A stretch of DNA of 64,000 nt from an uncultured Actinomycetota bacterium (GCA_963770565.1 CAVYQE010000011.1:384001-448000), one strand, 5' to 3'; positions 39,334-49,067 are shown, numbered from the stretch's first letter. The notes: a model not told the origin generated them from the letters alone. Program-made: numbers and translations.

Positions 39334-40842
39334 ATGGGGGACAACAGCCGCGAGGCGGCGCTGAGCGACCGCCGGCTCGTCGCGGTCGCGATCGGGGTCT
39401 GGGCGTCGACGGCCGGGTGCACGTTGCTCGCCGCTCGGACCTCTTTCGCGCTTGCCGGCCTGGGGTCGGTGGTGGCGCTGCTGGCCCGCCCGCGGAGCAC
39501 CGGCTCGGCGGTGGTGATCGCCGCGGTGGCCCTCGGGGTGGTGCTGGGCTCAGTGGTGGCCGCCTGGCACGTGCGCGCGCTGCACGGCGGTGTCGTGCCG
39601 AAGCTCGCCGCGCGACATAGCGAGGCCGACCTCGTGGTCCGGCTGGTGCGCGATCCGGTCGCCGTCGTGTCCAGCGCGGGCGGCGGGCTGACCCTCACCG
39701 ACGCGACCGTCACCTCGGTGCTCACCACCGGCTGGCGGCAGGCCGACTCGCCGATCCTGGTCCTGTCGTACGGCCGAGGCTGGGTCGGGCTGCTGCCGGG
39801 GCAACGGGTGGAGGTCTCGGGCCGGCTTGCACCCCCGCGCCGCGGAGATGACGTCGCCGCGGTCCTCGATGCGCGCGGCCCACCGTCCCTGATCGGCCGG
39901 CCACCGTGGTGGCAGCGGCTGGCCGGTCGAGCGAGGGCCGCGCTTCGAGCTGCCTGCCAGGGTCTGCCGGGGGATGTGCGCGGCCTGCTGCCCGGTCTCG
40001 TCGACGGTGACGTGTCTGCCGTGCCTGCCTCGGTGCAAGCAGATATGCGGCTCACCGGCCTCACGCACTTGGAGGCGGTCTCGGGGGAGAACGTGAGCGT
40101 CGTCCTGGCGGTCACGGTCGCCCTTGCCCAACTGCTCGGGTTGCGCCGGCGCTGGCGAATCGGGGTGGCGGCGATGGCGCTCCTCGGCTTCGTCGTGCTG
40201 GCTCGGCCGTCTCCGAGCGTGCTGCGCGCGGCGGTCATGGGTGGCATCGTGCTTGCCGGCCTCGCGCTTGGCCGCCGGGTCAGGCCACTTCGGGCGCTCG
40301 CGCTTGCCGTCACGTTGCTGCTCGGCTTGAACCCGTTCCTCGGCCGGTCGGTCGGGTTCGTGCTTTCGGTGTGTGCAACGGGCGCTCTGGTGACGGTCGC
40401 GCCGATCTGGACGGAGCGGCTGGCTCGGCACTTGCCCCGGCCGGTTGCGGTCGCGATCGCGGTGCCGGCGGCGGCACAGGTCGCCTGTACGCCGGTGCTC
40501 GTGCTGGCGTTCGGCATGCTCACGCCGTATGCGATCCCGGCCAACTTGCTGGCGGCACCGGCGGTCGCACCGGCCACCGTGCTCGGGGTCCTGTGCGCGG
40601 CGTTCGCCACGGTCTGCCGGCCACTCGCGGCACCGATCGCGTGGCTGGCCGCCATACCGACCGAGGCGATTGCCGTTGTTGCGCGAGGTCTGGCCGGTCT
40701 GCCCGGCGCGGGACTGAGGTGCCCGGGCGGCCCGGCCGCAGCTGTGCTCGCAACGGTGGCCGTCGGGGTCGTCCTCGGGGTTCGCCGGCGCCGGGCGATC
40801 GAGTCCGGCCGGCGTGACATCCTTGGCGGATGGCCGCCCTGA
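39334..40842 (+). CDS. comEC: ComEC/Rec2 DNA uptake channel, short form without metallo-beta-lactamase domain
   Basis: GLTHLEAVSGEN, PSVLRAAVMG, GFVLSV.AT, ANLLAAP; ends overlapping holA. Confidence 0.93.
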   Translation: MGDNSREAALSDRRLVAVAIGVWASTAGCTLLAARTSFALAGLGSVVALLARPRSTGSAVVIAAVALGVVLGSVVAAWHVRALHGGVVPKLAARHSEADLVVRLVRDPVAVVSSAGGGLTLTDATVTSVLTTGWRQADSPILVLSYGRGWVGLLPGQRVEVSGRLAPPRRGDDVAAVLDARGPPSLIGRPPWWQRLAGRARAALRAACQGLPGDVRGLLPGLVDGDVSAVPASVQADMRLTGLTHLEAVSGENVSVVLAVTVALAQLLGLRRRWRIGVAAMALLGFVVLARPSPSVLRAAVMGGIVLAGLALGRRVRPLRALALAVTLLLGLNPFLGRSVGFVLSVCATGALVTVAPIWTERLARHLPRPVAVAIAVPAAAQVACTPVLVLAFGMLTPYAIPANLLAAPAVAPATVLGVLCAAFATVCRPLAAPIAWLAAIPTEAIAVVARGLAGLPGAGLRCPGGPAAAVLATVAVGVVLGVRRRRAIESGRRDILGGWPP

Positions 40843-41792
40843 CCGTCGTCGTCGGCGATGAGGACCTGCTGGTCGCCCGGGCGGTGAGCCGCACGATTGC
40901 GGCCGCAGCTGCGGCGTCCGCCGATGCTGAGGCCGTCCCTACCGTCACCCTCGATGCCGCCCAGGTGTCGGTGGACGCACTCGCCGAGGCGCTGGCCCCG
41001 TCGTTGTTCGCCGAGGACCGGTCGATCGTCGTCCGCAACCTTCAGGATGCCGACAAGGATCTGGTGGCCGCTCTCGTCGGCTTCGCCGAAGCGCCCGAGC
41101 CGGGGGTCACGATCGTCGCCGTGCACGCCGGCGGCGCGAAGGGCAAAGCGGCGCTGGAGGCGATTCGGGAAGGCGCCGCCGAGGTGGTTACGGTCGCCCC
41201 GATCAAGACGCTGCGGGACCGTGAGCAGTTCGCGGTCGACGAGGTGAGGGCCGCCGGTGGGAGCCTCGATCGCGATGCGGCGGCTGAGCTGGTCGGCGCG
41301 ATCGGCACCGACCTGCGCGAGATCGCGACCGCGTCCGCCCAGCTGGTCGCGGACGTCGGCGGCCAGATCACCACCGCCGATGTCGCGACGTACTACCGCG
41401 GCCGCGCCGAGTCGACCGGGTTCGCGGTTGCCGATCGGGCGGTCGAAGGCGACCTCGCAGCCGCCCTCGAGACGCTGCGCTGGGCGTTCGCGACCGGGCT
41501 CGACCCCATCTTGGTGAGCAGCTCGCTGGCGGCGAACCTGAGGTTGATCGCCCAGGTCGGCGCGGCCGGCCCCGGTTCGCCCGACGCGATCGCGGCGAAG
41601 CTGCGGATGCCGGCCTGGAAGGTGCGCCGGGCCCAGGGCTGGCTTCGCCACTGGCGACCCGAAGCGGTCGGTGAGGCGGTGTTGGCGGTCGCCGCCGCCG
41701 ACGCGGATCTCAAAGGCGCCGCCGACGACGCGGCGTACGCCGTGGAGCGCGCTGTGCTCAAGGTCGCCGCTGCCGCCAGTCCGGGCGGCTAG
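40830..41792 (+). CDS. holA: DNA polymerase III delta subunit
   Basis: VVGDEDLLVARA, PSLF, HAGGAKGK, GTDLRE...QL, MPAWKV, ADADLKG; conserved position after comEC. Confidence 0.95.
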   Translation: MAALTVVVGDEDLLVARAVSRTIAAAAAASADAEAVPTVTLDAAQVSVDALAEALAPSLFAEDRSIVVRNLQDADKDLVAALVGFAEAPEPGVTIVAVHAGGAKGKAALEAIREGAAEVVTVAPIKTLRDREQFAVDEVRAAGGSLDRDAAAELVGAIGTDLREIATASAQLVADVGGQITTADVATYYRGRAESTGFAVADRAVEGDLAAALETLRWAFATGLDPILVSSSLAANLRLIAQVGAAGPGSPDAIAAKLRMPAWKVRRAQGWLRHWRPEAVGEAVLAVAAADADLKGAADDAAYAVERAVLKVAAAASPGG

Positions 41793-41830
41793 CTCCACGC
41801 GACGCGCGCCGGCCCGCACCACCCGCAGTC

Positions 41831-41846
41831 ATACCCCGATGGGTAT
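41831..41846. promoter_or_regulatory. CsoR/CstR-type operator (autoregulatory)
   Basis: ATACCC-CGAT-GGGTAT, C-tract/G-tract pseudo-palindrome upstream of the repressor gene. Confidence 0.75.
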
Positions 41847-41879
41847 CCTCGGTTGAGCGGCAACCCAAGGAGGAGTGCG

Positions 41880-42146
41880 ATGGTCCGGCTTTCGGCCGAG
41901 GAGATGGCGCCGGTGATCAACCGGTTGCGTCGGGCGCAGGGTCAGATCGGGGGCGTGGTCCGGATGCTGGAGGAAGGTCGCGACTGTGAGGACGTTGTCA
42001 CCCAGCTTGCCGCGGTGAGCCGGGCCCTCGACAAGGCCGGGTTCACCATCGTTGCCTCTGGCCTCAAGCAATGCCTCGGCGAGCCAGAGGGCGCGCAGGC
42101 GCTCGACACCAAGAAGATGGAGAAGCTCTTCCTGTCGCTCGCCTAG
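41880..42146 (+). CDS. CsoR/RcnR-family repressor, CstR-like (two Cys, no Cu-ligand His)
   Basis: NRLRRAQGQIGGVVRM...RDCEDVVTQLAAV...SGLKQC; AGGAGG RBS before ATG 41880. Confidence 0.9.
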   Translation: MVRLSAEEMAPVINRLRRAQGQIGGVVRMLEEGRDCEDVVTQLAAVSRALDKAGFTIVASGLKQCLGEPEGAQALDTKKMEKLFLSLA

Positions 42147-42154
42147 GGCCGAGG

Positions 42155-42580
42155 TTATGAAGCCCGGGCCGTCGCTATCGCCGGCTCGACCAGATCGATC
42201 GACACCTCCGGCGTGCTCATCAGGGTGTTGTGGACGGTGCAGTGGGAGGCCACCGCAAGCAGTGCGTCGCGACGCGCCTCGGGAACACCCTCGGGCAGCG
42301 TGATGGCGAGGGTGATCCGCTCGACCCTGGCCGGACGGGCGCCCATCGCGAAGTCGGCGGATACGGTCAGCCCGTGTGACGGCAGCGAGTGCCGCACGAG
42401 ATAGCGGTGCGCATAGAACGCGACGCAGCTGGCGAGGCTCGCGACGAACAACTCGGTCGGTGTCGGAGCGGTGTCGTCGCCGCCGTCCGCAGTTGGTTGG
42501 TCGACCGTCACGACGTGGTCGCGGACGGCGATAGCGAACTGGTCGCCGTCGCGGTGGGTGACCGTCAGAGTGCTCATCAT
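42155..42580 (-). CDS. OsmC/Ohr-family protein
   Basis: DQP..DGG.D.APTPTELFVASLASC...CTVHNTL, two conserved Cys. Confidence 0.88.
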   Translation of the reverse strand: MMSTLTVTHRDGDQFAIAVRDHVVTVDQPTADGGDDTAPTPTELFVASLASCVAFYAHRYLVRHSLPSHGLTVSADFAMGARPARVERITLAITLPEGVPEARRDALLAVASHCTVHNTLMSTPEVSIDLVEPAIATARAS

Positions 42581-42591
42581 GACTCCTACTC

Positions 42592-42609
42592 TATACCCCT
42601 AGGGGTATA
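42592..42609. promoter_or_regulatory. CsoR/CstR-type operator upstream of the OsmC gene
   Basis: Perfect palindrome TATACCCCT|AGGGGTATA 11 bp upstream of the start. Confidence 0.85.
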
Positions 42610-42673
42610 TGCAGCACGCATACGCTTGACTTTCTGCTCCCGACGCCCGTCCGCTCGCCACCGGACCGTCTGC

Positions 42674-43210
42674 TCAGATGAAGAGCAGTTGCGCGCCGGC
42701 GGTCTTCTCGATGAAGTCGGAGGCGCTGATGATTCCTTCGACGTCGTCCCGTAGGTCGGCGTCGGTGAGCTTCATCATGTCGGCCGACATCCGGCAGGCC
42801 CAGAGGTGTCCGCCGGAGGCGACGATCTGGTCAAGGAAGTCGGGGACCTCGGGAACGCCGAGGTCGGCGATCTGCTTCTTGAGCATGTGGGTCGCCATCC
42901 CGGTCATTCCCGGCAGCGGGGCGAGCGCCTGAGGCAGTCTCACGTCGCCGATCGGCAGATGCATCGCAGCATTCCCCGCCGGGCTGAACGCCAGGTCGTG
43001 CATCCGCGACTTGACGATCATGTCGAAGCCCCAGAACGTGAAGAACATGTCGGTGTGAACGCCTTCCCCGAGCGCGGCGTTGGCGAGGATCAAACCCGGG
43101 TAGGCCATGTCCAGGTTTCCCTTCGAGCAGATGATTGCCAGCTTGCGATCGGTCTCGACGTCGTCGTCGAACGACGGGACGATCCTGGGTGTCGCTTCCG
43201 TGGTGGTCAT
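42674..43210 (-). CDS. DsrE/DsrF-like (DsrE2) sulfur-relay protein
   Basis: KLAIICSKGNLDMAYP, MFFTFWG, LWACRMS.DM. Confidence 0.88.
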   Translation of the reverse strand: MTTTEATPRIVPSFDDDVETDRKLAIICSKGNLDMAYPGLILANAALGEGVHTDMFFTFWGFDMIVKSRMHDLAFSPAGNAAMHLPIGDVRLPQALAPLPGMTGMATHMLKKQIADLGVPEVPDFLDQIVASGGHLWACRMSADMMKLTDADLRDDVEGIISASDFIEKTAGAQLLFI

Positions 43211-43221
43211 GGCAACTCCGT

Positions 43222-43536
43222 TCACACGCAGCCGTGTGGCTTGGGTAGGCCGGCGATGTAGGCCATCTTCTTGCCGGGCTTCTTCGGGAACAGCGCGAAC
43301 AATTCTTTGACCGGCACTCCGCCGACCACCTGGACCCGGCGGGTAGTGGCCGTCTCACCCTGGGCCTTGTAGTCCTCGCGGAGGAACCTGATGACGTTCA
43401 GGTGGGCGTCGGTCAGATCGATCCCAATCTGGTCGGCGAGCACCTTGGCGAGGTCCTCGTCCCACTCGTCGTACTCGGTCAGGAAGCCCTCGTCGTCGAC
43501 GTGGATCTGATGGCCGTTCAGTTCGGTGATGGGCAT
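43222..43536 (-). CDS. tusE: TusE/DsrC-family sulfur carrier with single C-terminal Cys (TusE type)
   Basis: VDDEGFL...W.E.LA, LTDAH..VI.FLR, LFPKKP, AGLPKPHGCV. Confidence 0.9.
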   Translation of the reverse strand: MPITELNGHQIHVDDEGFLTEYDEWDEDLAKVLADQIGIDLTDAHLNVIRFLREDYKAQGETATTRRVQVVGGVPVKELFALFPKKPGKKMAYIAGLPKPHGCV

Positions 43537-43561
43537 GACTCCTCCGGTGGTGGTCGTCGGC

Positions 43562-44797
43562 TCAGTTCTCGGGGCGTTTGCCGGCCATCGACATCAGTGC
43601 CGGGATCGGTAGCGGGCGGCCTGGAAGCAACAGGTTCCAGTAGGCCCAACGGAATCCCAACTTTCCCCAGTGGTTGAGGTGGCTCTCCTCGAGAAGGCTG
43701 AACGGGCCGATCAACGGCACCGGATACTTGCCCGGGAGCGGCTCCGTCTCGTAGTTGAAGTCGATCAACAAACCCTTGCCGTTGCCGGTTTCCACGAAGC
43801 AGTTCGCGTGGCCGTCGAACAAGTGAGTCATCGGCCGGTCGTTGATGTAGTCGACGAAGTTGTCGGTGAACAGCTCGATCGAGAAGTGGGCGACCGATCC
43901 GGCCTTCGATACCGGGATGTTGTTCGCATCACCGAGCGCGAAGATGTTCGGGTACGCCTTCGACAGCAAGGTGTGCCGGTCGACCGGGACGTAGTTGAGC
44001 TCGTTGCCGAGCCCGGAGCGGGCGATGTAGTCCGCGCCCATGTTCAGCGGCACGGTCACGAGCAGGTCGAACGGAATCTCCCGCTCGTCCATCGACACCA
44101 GCATCGGTGGGTCGGCGTCGATCCGGTCGACGACGTAGTCGGTCTCGAGCGCGATCTTGCGCTCGGCGAGCAAGCCGCTGAGATGGCGGGCGGCAACCGG
44201 CTTCGTGAAGGCCGCGTCAAGCGGTGTGACGTAGGTGATCTCGACCCGATCCCGGATTCCGCGTTCGGCGAAGAAGGCGTCAGCGAGAAAGGCAAACTCA
44301 AGGGGCGCGACCGGGCACTTGATCGGCATCTCGACGATCTGTACGACGAGGCGGCCACCATCCCATCCGGCCAGCTTCTCGCGCAGGGCGGTTGCACCGT
44401 CCAGGGTGTAGAAGTCGAAGATGCTTCGCCGCCACCCTGGACCGAGCATCCCCGGAGTCTGGTCCGGGCGGGTCGCCGTACCGGTTGCGATGACGAGGTA
44501 GTCGTAGCCGAGCTCCCGACCGTCATCAAGCGTGACCACGTTCTGGTCGGGTTCGACCCGTTCGATCTCCCCACGGACGAGCTCGACGCCGTCGGAAAGG
44601 TAGTGATGGCGGGGCCGGATGAGATCGACTGGCTCGCACTGGCCGAACGGGAGCAGCAGCAGTCCGGGTTGGTAGACGTGCTTATCGTCCTGGTCGACAA
44701 CGGTGATCCGCCACTGAGACGGCTCGAGTCGCGGCCGGAGCTTGTTGGCCGCCATCGTGCCCGCGGTGCCTGCTCCCAAGATCACCAGATTCCGCAT
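43562..44797 (-). CDS. sqr: Sulfide:quinone oxidoreductase-like flavoprotein
   Basis: ILGAGTAG, YQPGLL, IATG, IKCPVAPLE, ALGDA, SKAGSVAH, FDGHANCF (two-Cys pair). Confidence 0.82.
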   Translation of the reverse strand: MRNLVILGAGTAGTMAANKLRPRLEPSQWRITVVDQDDKHVYQPGLLLLPFGQCEPVDLIRPRHHYLSDGVELVRGEIERVEPDQNVVTLDDGRELGYDYLVIATGTATRPDQTPGMLGPGWRRSIFDFYTLDGATALREKLAGWDGGRLVVQIVEMPIKCPVAPLEFAFLADAFFAERGIRDRVEITYVTPLDAAFTKPVAARHLSGLLAERKIALETDYVVDRIDADPPMLVSMDEREIPFDLLVTVPLNMGADYIARSGLGNELNYVPVDRHTLLSKAYPNIFALGDANNIPVSKAGSVAHFSIELFTDNFVDYINDRPMTHLFDGHANCFVETGNGKGLLIDFNYETEPLPGKYPVPLIGPFSLLEESHLNHWGKLGFRWAYWNLLLPGRPLPIPALMSMAGKRPEN

Positions 44798-44848
44798 GGT
44801 GCGCCTCGCTTCCACCCCAGGGTGATGCGGGTGCGGGCGTACCGGGTA

Positions 44849-44884
44849 GGGCCCAAGGGCCTCAGTCGTTCGGCTCTTGGTCCC
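44849..44884. promoter_or_regulatory. Tandem DosR/DevR-like boxes upstream of the sqr operon
   Basis: GGGCCCAAGGGCCT (44849-44862) and CGGCTCTTGGTCCC (44871-44884), 22 bp apart, resembling GGG(A/C)C-N4-GNCCC. Confidence 0.5.
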
Positions 44885-44987
44885 CTCTTGCGGGGCTCAC
44901 CGCGTCAGCGCCCGGCGGAGACGCTCTTCAAGCCGCCAACGGCGGCGCCGCTCAGCTCAAGGCCGCAGCTCAGCTGCGGCGAAGGGA

Positions 44988-45248
44988 TTAGAGCGAGTTG
45001 GCGCGGTTCGCCATGGCCGACTTGCGGTTGGCCGCCTGGTTCGAGTGGATGACACCCTTGCTGGCTGCCTTGTCGAGCAGCTTCGAGGCGTCGCGCATCG
45101 CGGCACCTGCGGTGTCGGAGTCACCCGCGTCGGCGGCCTCGCGGAACCGGCGTACCGCGGTCTTGAGCTCGGACTTCACACCCTTGTTGCGCAGGCGGCG
45201 GCCTTCGTTCTGCCGGTTGCGCTTGATCTGGGACTTGATGTTGGCCAC
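44988..45248 (-). CDS. rpsT: 30S ribosomal protein S20
   Basis: (M)[23 protein letters not shown]...[19 protein letters not shown]; GTG 45248. Confidence 0.98.
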   Translation of the reverse strand: MANIKSQIKRNRQNEGRRLRNKGVKSELKTAVRRFREAADAGDSDTAGAAMRDASKLLDKAASKGVIHSNQAANRKSAMANRANSL

Positions 45249-45376
45249 GCGGAAACTACCTCGATCGTCGGGTGTGGAGATGCGACCTGAGAGGTTACCA
45301 GCCGGCCCGCTCTCGGCGCGAACCTCAACGGGGCGAGCGTGCCGAGCCGGCGGTCGGATTCGTGACACCATGGAAT

Positions 45377-47218
45377 GTGCCCACCGATTCGGACCCCTCG
45401 ACGTCAGGGCGCACCGATCCCGGTCGGATCCGCAACTTCTGCATCATCGCCCACATCGATCATGGCAAGTCGACGCTGGCCGACCGGATGCTCGAGGTCA
45501 CCGGGGTCGTCGAGCTGCGGAACATGCGGGCGCAGTACCTCGACAAGATGGACATCGAGCGTGAGCGCGGCATCACGATCAAGGCGCAGAACGTCCGGCT
45601 GCCGTGGGTGGTCGACGGCGTCGACTACGTCCTGGACCTGATCGACACCCCGGGGCACGTCGACTTCTCCTACGAGGTCAGTCGCAGCCTGGCCGCCTGC
45701 GAAGGCGCGATCCTGCTGGTTGACGCCGCCCAGGGGATCGAGGCGCAGACCCTGGCCAATCTCTATCTCGCGATCGACAACGACCTCACGATCATCCCGG
45801 TGCTCAACAAGATCGACCTGCCGGCCGCCCAGCCGGACAAGTACGCCGAGGAGATCGCGCGGATCATCGGCTGCCGGCCCGACGAGGTGCTGCGGGTCAG
45901 CGCCAAGACCGGCGAAGGTGTCCGCGAGCTGCTCGACCACGTGGTGCGGGTGGTGCCCGCACCGGTCGGCGACCCCGATGCGCCGCCGCGGGCGCTGATC
46001 TTCGACTCGGTGTACGACGTCTACCGAGGCGTCATCACCTACGTCCGGGTGTTCGACGGCCGGCTCACGACGCACGACCGCTGTCTGATGATGTCGACCG
46101 GCGCGGCGCACGAGACGCTGGAGGTCGGCGTTGCCGCACCGGACCCGACCCCGACCACGAGCCTCGGTGTCGGCGAGGTCGGCTACGTGATCCCGGGCGT
46201 GAAGAACGTCCGGCAGGCCCGGGTCGGCGACACCATCACGAGCGCCAACCGGCCCGCTGCTCAGTCCCTCGGTGGCTATCGCCATCCGAAGCCGATGGTC
46301 TATTCGGGGCTGTATCCGATCGACGGCAGCGACTATCCGCTGCTGCGCGACGCCCTCGACAAGCTGCAGCTCAACGACGCCTCGCTCCTCTATGAGCCGG
46401 AGACCTCGACCGCGCTCGGCTTCGGCTTTCGCTGCGGTTTCCTCGGCCTGCTGCACCTGGAGATCGTCCGTGAGCGGCTCGAGCGCGAGTTCGACCTGGC
46501 GCTGATCTCGACCGCGCCGAACGTGGTCTACCGGGTCGAGCTCGAGACCGGTGGCGAGGTGATCGTCACCAACCCGGCCGACTGGCCGACCGGCAAGATC
46601 GGCGAGGTCTACGAGCCGGTGGTCGACGCGATGCTGTTGCTTCCCAACGACTACGTCGGCGCGGTGATGGACCTCTGCCAGACCCGTCGCGGTGCGTTGA
46701 AGGGGATGGAATACCTCTCTGAGGACCGGGTCGAGCTGAAGTACGCCTTGCCGCTCGCCGAGATCATCTTCGACTTCTTCGATCAGCTGAAGTCGCGTAC
46801 CCGCGGCTACGCGAGCCTCGACTACGAGCCGGCCGGCGAGCAGGAGGCCGACCTGGTGAAGGTCGACATCCTCCTGCAGGGTGAGCCGGTCGACGCCTTC
46901 AGCGCGATCGTGCACAAGGACAAGGCGTATGCGTACGGCACCTTGATGGTCTCGAAGCTGCGCCAGCTGATCCCGCGGCAGCAGTTCGAGGTGCCGATCC
47001 AGGCGGCGATCGGCACCCGGGTGATCGCGCGGGAGAACATCCGCGCGATGCGGAAGGACGTGCTCGCGAAGTGTTACGGCGGTGACATCACCCGCAAGCG
47101 CAAGCTGCTCGAGAAGCAGAAGGAAGGCAAGCGACGGATGAAGATGGTCGGCCGCGTCGAGGTACCGCAAGAGGCGTTCATCGCCGCGCTGTCGACGAAC
47201 GAGCCGGCAAAATCCTGA
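45377..47218 (+). CDS. lepA: Elongation factor 4
   Basis: [68 protein letters not shown]. Confidence 0.98.
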   Translation: MPTDSDPSTSGRTDPGRIRNFCIIAHIDHGKSTLADRMLEVTGVVELRNMRAQYLDKMDIERERGITIKAQNVRLPWVVDGVDYVLDLIDTPGHVDFSYEVSRSLAACEGAILLVDAAQGIEAQTLANLYLAIDNDLTIIPVLNKIDLPAAQPDKYAEEIARIIGCRPDEVLRVSAKTGEGVRELLDHVVRVVPAPVGDPDAPPRALIFDSVYDVYRGVITYVRVFDGRLTTHDRCLMMSTGAAHETLEVGVAAPDPTPTTSLGVGEVGYVIPGVKNVRQARVGDTITSANRPAAQSLGGYRHPKPMVYSGLYPIDGSDYPLLRDALDKLQLNDASLLYEPETSTALGFGFRCGFLGLLHLEIVRERLEREFDLALISTAPNVVYRVELETGGEVIVTNPADWPTGKIGEVYEPVVDAMLLLPNDYVGAVMDLCQTRRGALKGMEYLSEDRVELKYALPLAEIIFDFFDQLKSRTRGYASLDYEPAGEQEADLVKVDILLQGEPVDAFSAIVHKDKAYAYGTLMVSKLRQLIPRQQFEVPIQAAIGTRVIARENIRAMRKDVLAKCYGGDITRKRKLLEKQKEGKRRMKMVGRVEVPQEAFIAALSTNEPAKS

Positions 47219-47243
47219 TTGCGGCCAACCCTAAAGTGGGGTT

Positions 47244-48482
47244 GTGCCCGTTTCGAGCCTGCTTCCGGCCCGAGGCGCGCCAAGAGTCCTTGCCGTCGCG
47301 AGCCTGGTCAACACCCTCGGCAACGGGCTGTTCTATACGGTCTCGGCACTCTTCCTGACCCGTTCGGTCGGGCTCTCGGTTCGGCAGGTCGGGGTGGGAC
47401 TGACCATTGCGGGTGGCGTTGCGCTGTTCGCGAACGTGCCGGCCGGTCGGATCGCCGAGATCGCCGGGCCGCGCGAGGTCCTCGTTATCACCTTTGTGCT
47501 CGCAGCCGGCTTCATGGCCGCGTATGCCTTCGTCCACTCGTTCTGGGTGTTCGTCGTGATCGCCTGCGGTGAGCTCGCCGCGACGAACGCCGGAAACGCC
47601 GTACGCAACGGCTTGATCGCGACCGCGGTCGCGGGTGAGGACCGGGTTCGCACCCGCGCTTATCTGCGGTCGGTGACCAACCTCGGGATCGGGGTCGGCT
47701 CGGCCCTGGCCGGGATCGCGCTGCACGTCGACACCCGAACCGCCTATGTGACGCTGATCGTCGCGGACGCCGCGACCTTCGCGCTCACCGCGCTGTTGGT
47801 CACTCGCCTGCCCCATGTCGCGCCGCTGCCACGCGACCTCGGTGACGGCCCGCGCCTGGTCGCGATCCGCGACCGCCCCTACGTGTCGCTCGTCGCGATG
47901 AACTCGCTGCTCAACATCCACAACGGCCTGCTCGAGGTCGCGGTCCCGCTCTGGGTGGTGCGGCACACGTCCGCACCACGGTCGATCGTCGCCGCGATCT
48001 TTATCGTCAACACCGGGATCTGCGTGCTCTTTCAGATCCGCGCGAGCCGTGGCGTCGACGACATCCCGTCCTCGGCACGGGCCCTGCGCCGGTGCGGCGT
48101 ACTCCTGTTTGCCGCGTGCGCCATCTATGGGCTCTCGGGCGGCCGCTCGCGGGATGTCGCCATCGTTCTGCTGCTGGTCGCCGAGCTGGTGCACGTGACG
48201 GGCGAGCTGTTCCAGGCCGCCGGGTCCTGGGGATACGCCTACGGCCTTGCCCCTGACCACTTGCAAGGTCAGTACCAGGGGCTGTTCAGCATGAGCTATG
48301 GCGTGTCCAACATGCTGGCGCCGGTCATCGTGACCACGGTGGTCGTCGGTGGTGGCCTCGGTGGTTGGCTGTTGATCGGCACGATGTTCCTCGTGGTCGG
48401 GGTTGCGATGGGCCCGGTCGGGCGGTGGGCGGCAGCGAACCGTCCGGAACTTGCCGCACCCGTGCAAGGCTTGCCGGCATGA
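47244..48482 (+). CDS. MFS transporter
   Basis: About 12 hydrophobic helices, GRIAEIAGPR motif-A variant, LAPDHLQGQYQG. Confidence 0.88.
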   Translation: MPVSSLLPARGAPRVLAVASLVNTLGNGLFYTVSALFLTRSVGLSVRQVGVGLTIAGGVALFANVPAGRIAEIAGPREVLVITFVLAAGFMAAYAFVHSFWVFVVIACGELAATNAGNAVRNGLIATAVAGEDRVRTRAYLRSVTNLGIGVGSALAGIALHVDTRTAYVTLIVADAATFALTALLVTRLPHVAPLPRDLGDGPRLVAIRDRPYVSLVAMNSLLNIHNGLLEVAVPLWVVRHTSAPRSIVAAIFIVNTGICVLFQIRASRGVDDIPSSARALRRCGVLLFAACAIYGLSGGRSRDVAIVLLLVAELVHVTGELFQAAGSWGYAYGLAPDHLQGQYQGLFSMSYGVSNMLAPVIVTTVVVGGGLGGWLLIGTMFLVVGVAMGPVGRWAAANRPELAAPVQGLPA

Positions 48483-49054
48483 AGCTGTTGCTGATCGGCC
48501 CGCCCGGCTCCGGCAAGGGCACTCAGGGGCAGCTGCTCGCCGACCGGTTCCACCTGGCGCACATCGCGGCCGGTGACCTGCTGCGCGCCGAGGTCGAGGC
48601 CGGTACGCCGCTCGGCAAGCAGGCCGCCGACTATCTCGATCGCGGCGAGCTGGTGCCCGACGAGCTGGTGATCGACCTCCTGATGCCGGTGATCGTGGCC
48701 TCGCTCGAGGGCAACGGGTACGTCCTCGACGGGTTCCCGCGCTCGGTCGGCCAGGCGCTCGTCGCGCGCCGGATGGCCGAGGAGGTGGGTGCGACGCCGG
48801 ACGCGGTGATCTATCTCGACTCCTCGCGCGACGTACTGGTCGAGCGGATCCTGGCCCGGGCCGAGATCGAGGGCCGCAGCGATGACACCGCCGAGGTCGT
48901 CCATAACCGGCTCGAGGTCTTCGACGAGGCGACCAGCCCGCTGATCGACTACTACCGGAGCCGCGGTCTGCTTCACGTGGTGAACGGCGACCTGAGCGAG
49001 GCCGAGGTCACCGCAGAGATCCTGGCCGCGATCGGGTACCTCGCCTCGGAATGA
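48479..49054 (+). CDS. adk: Adenylate kinase family, short-LID form
   Basis: MKLLLIGPPGSGKGTQ, GDLLR, GELVPD, LDGFPR, GRSDD; ATGA overlap with the MFS stop. Confidence 0.9.
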   Translation: MKLLLIGPPGSGKGTQGQLLADRFHLAHIAAGDLLRAEVEAGTPLGKQAADYLDRGELVPDELVIDLLMPVIVASLEGNGYVLDGFPRSVGQALVARRMAEEVGATPDAVIYLDSSRDVLVERILARAEIEGRSDDTAEVVHNRLEVFDEATSPLIDYYRSRGLLHVVNGDLSEAEVTAEILAAIGYLASE

Positions 49055-49067
49055 CGGGCTCGGCCTG

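Noticed and set aside
39334-40842. comEC as a pseudogene because it lacks the metallo-beta-lactamase domain
   Set aside because: The frame is intact up to holA, and ~500-aa ComEC forms are normal in several Actinobacteria.
43222-43536. DsrC as evidence of dissimilatory sulfite reduction
   Set aside because: Only the terminal Cys is present (TusE type) and dsrAB is absent from the window.
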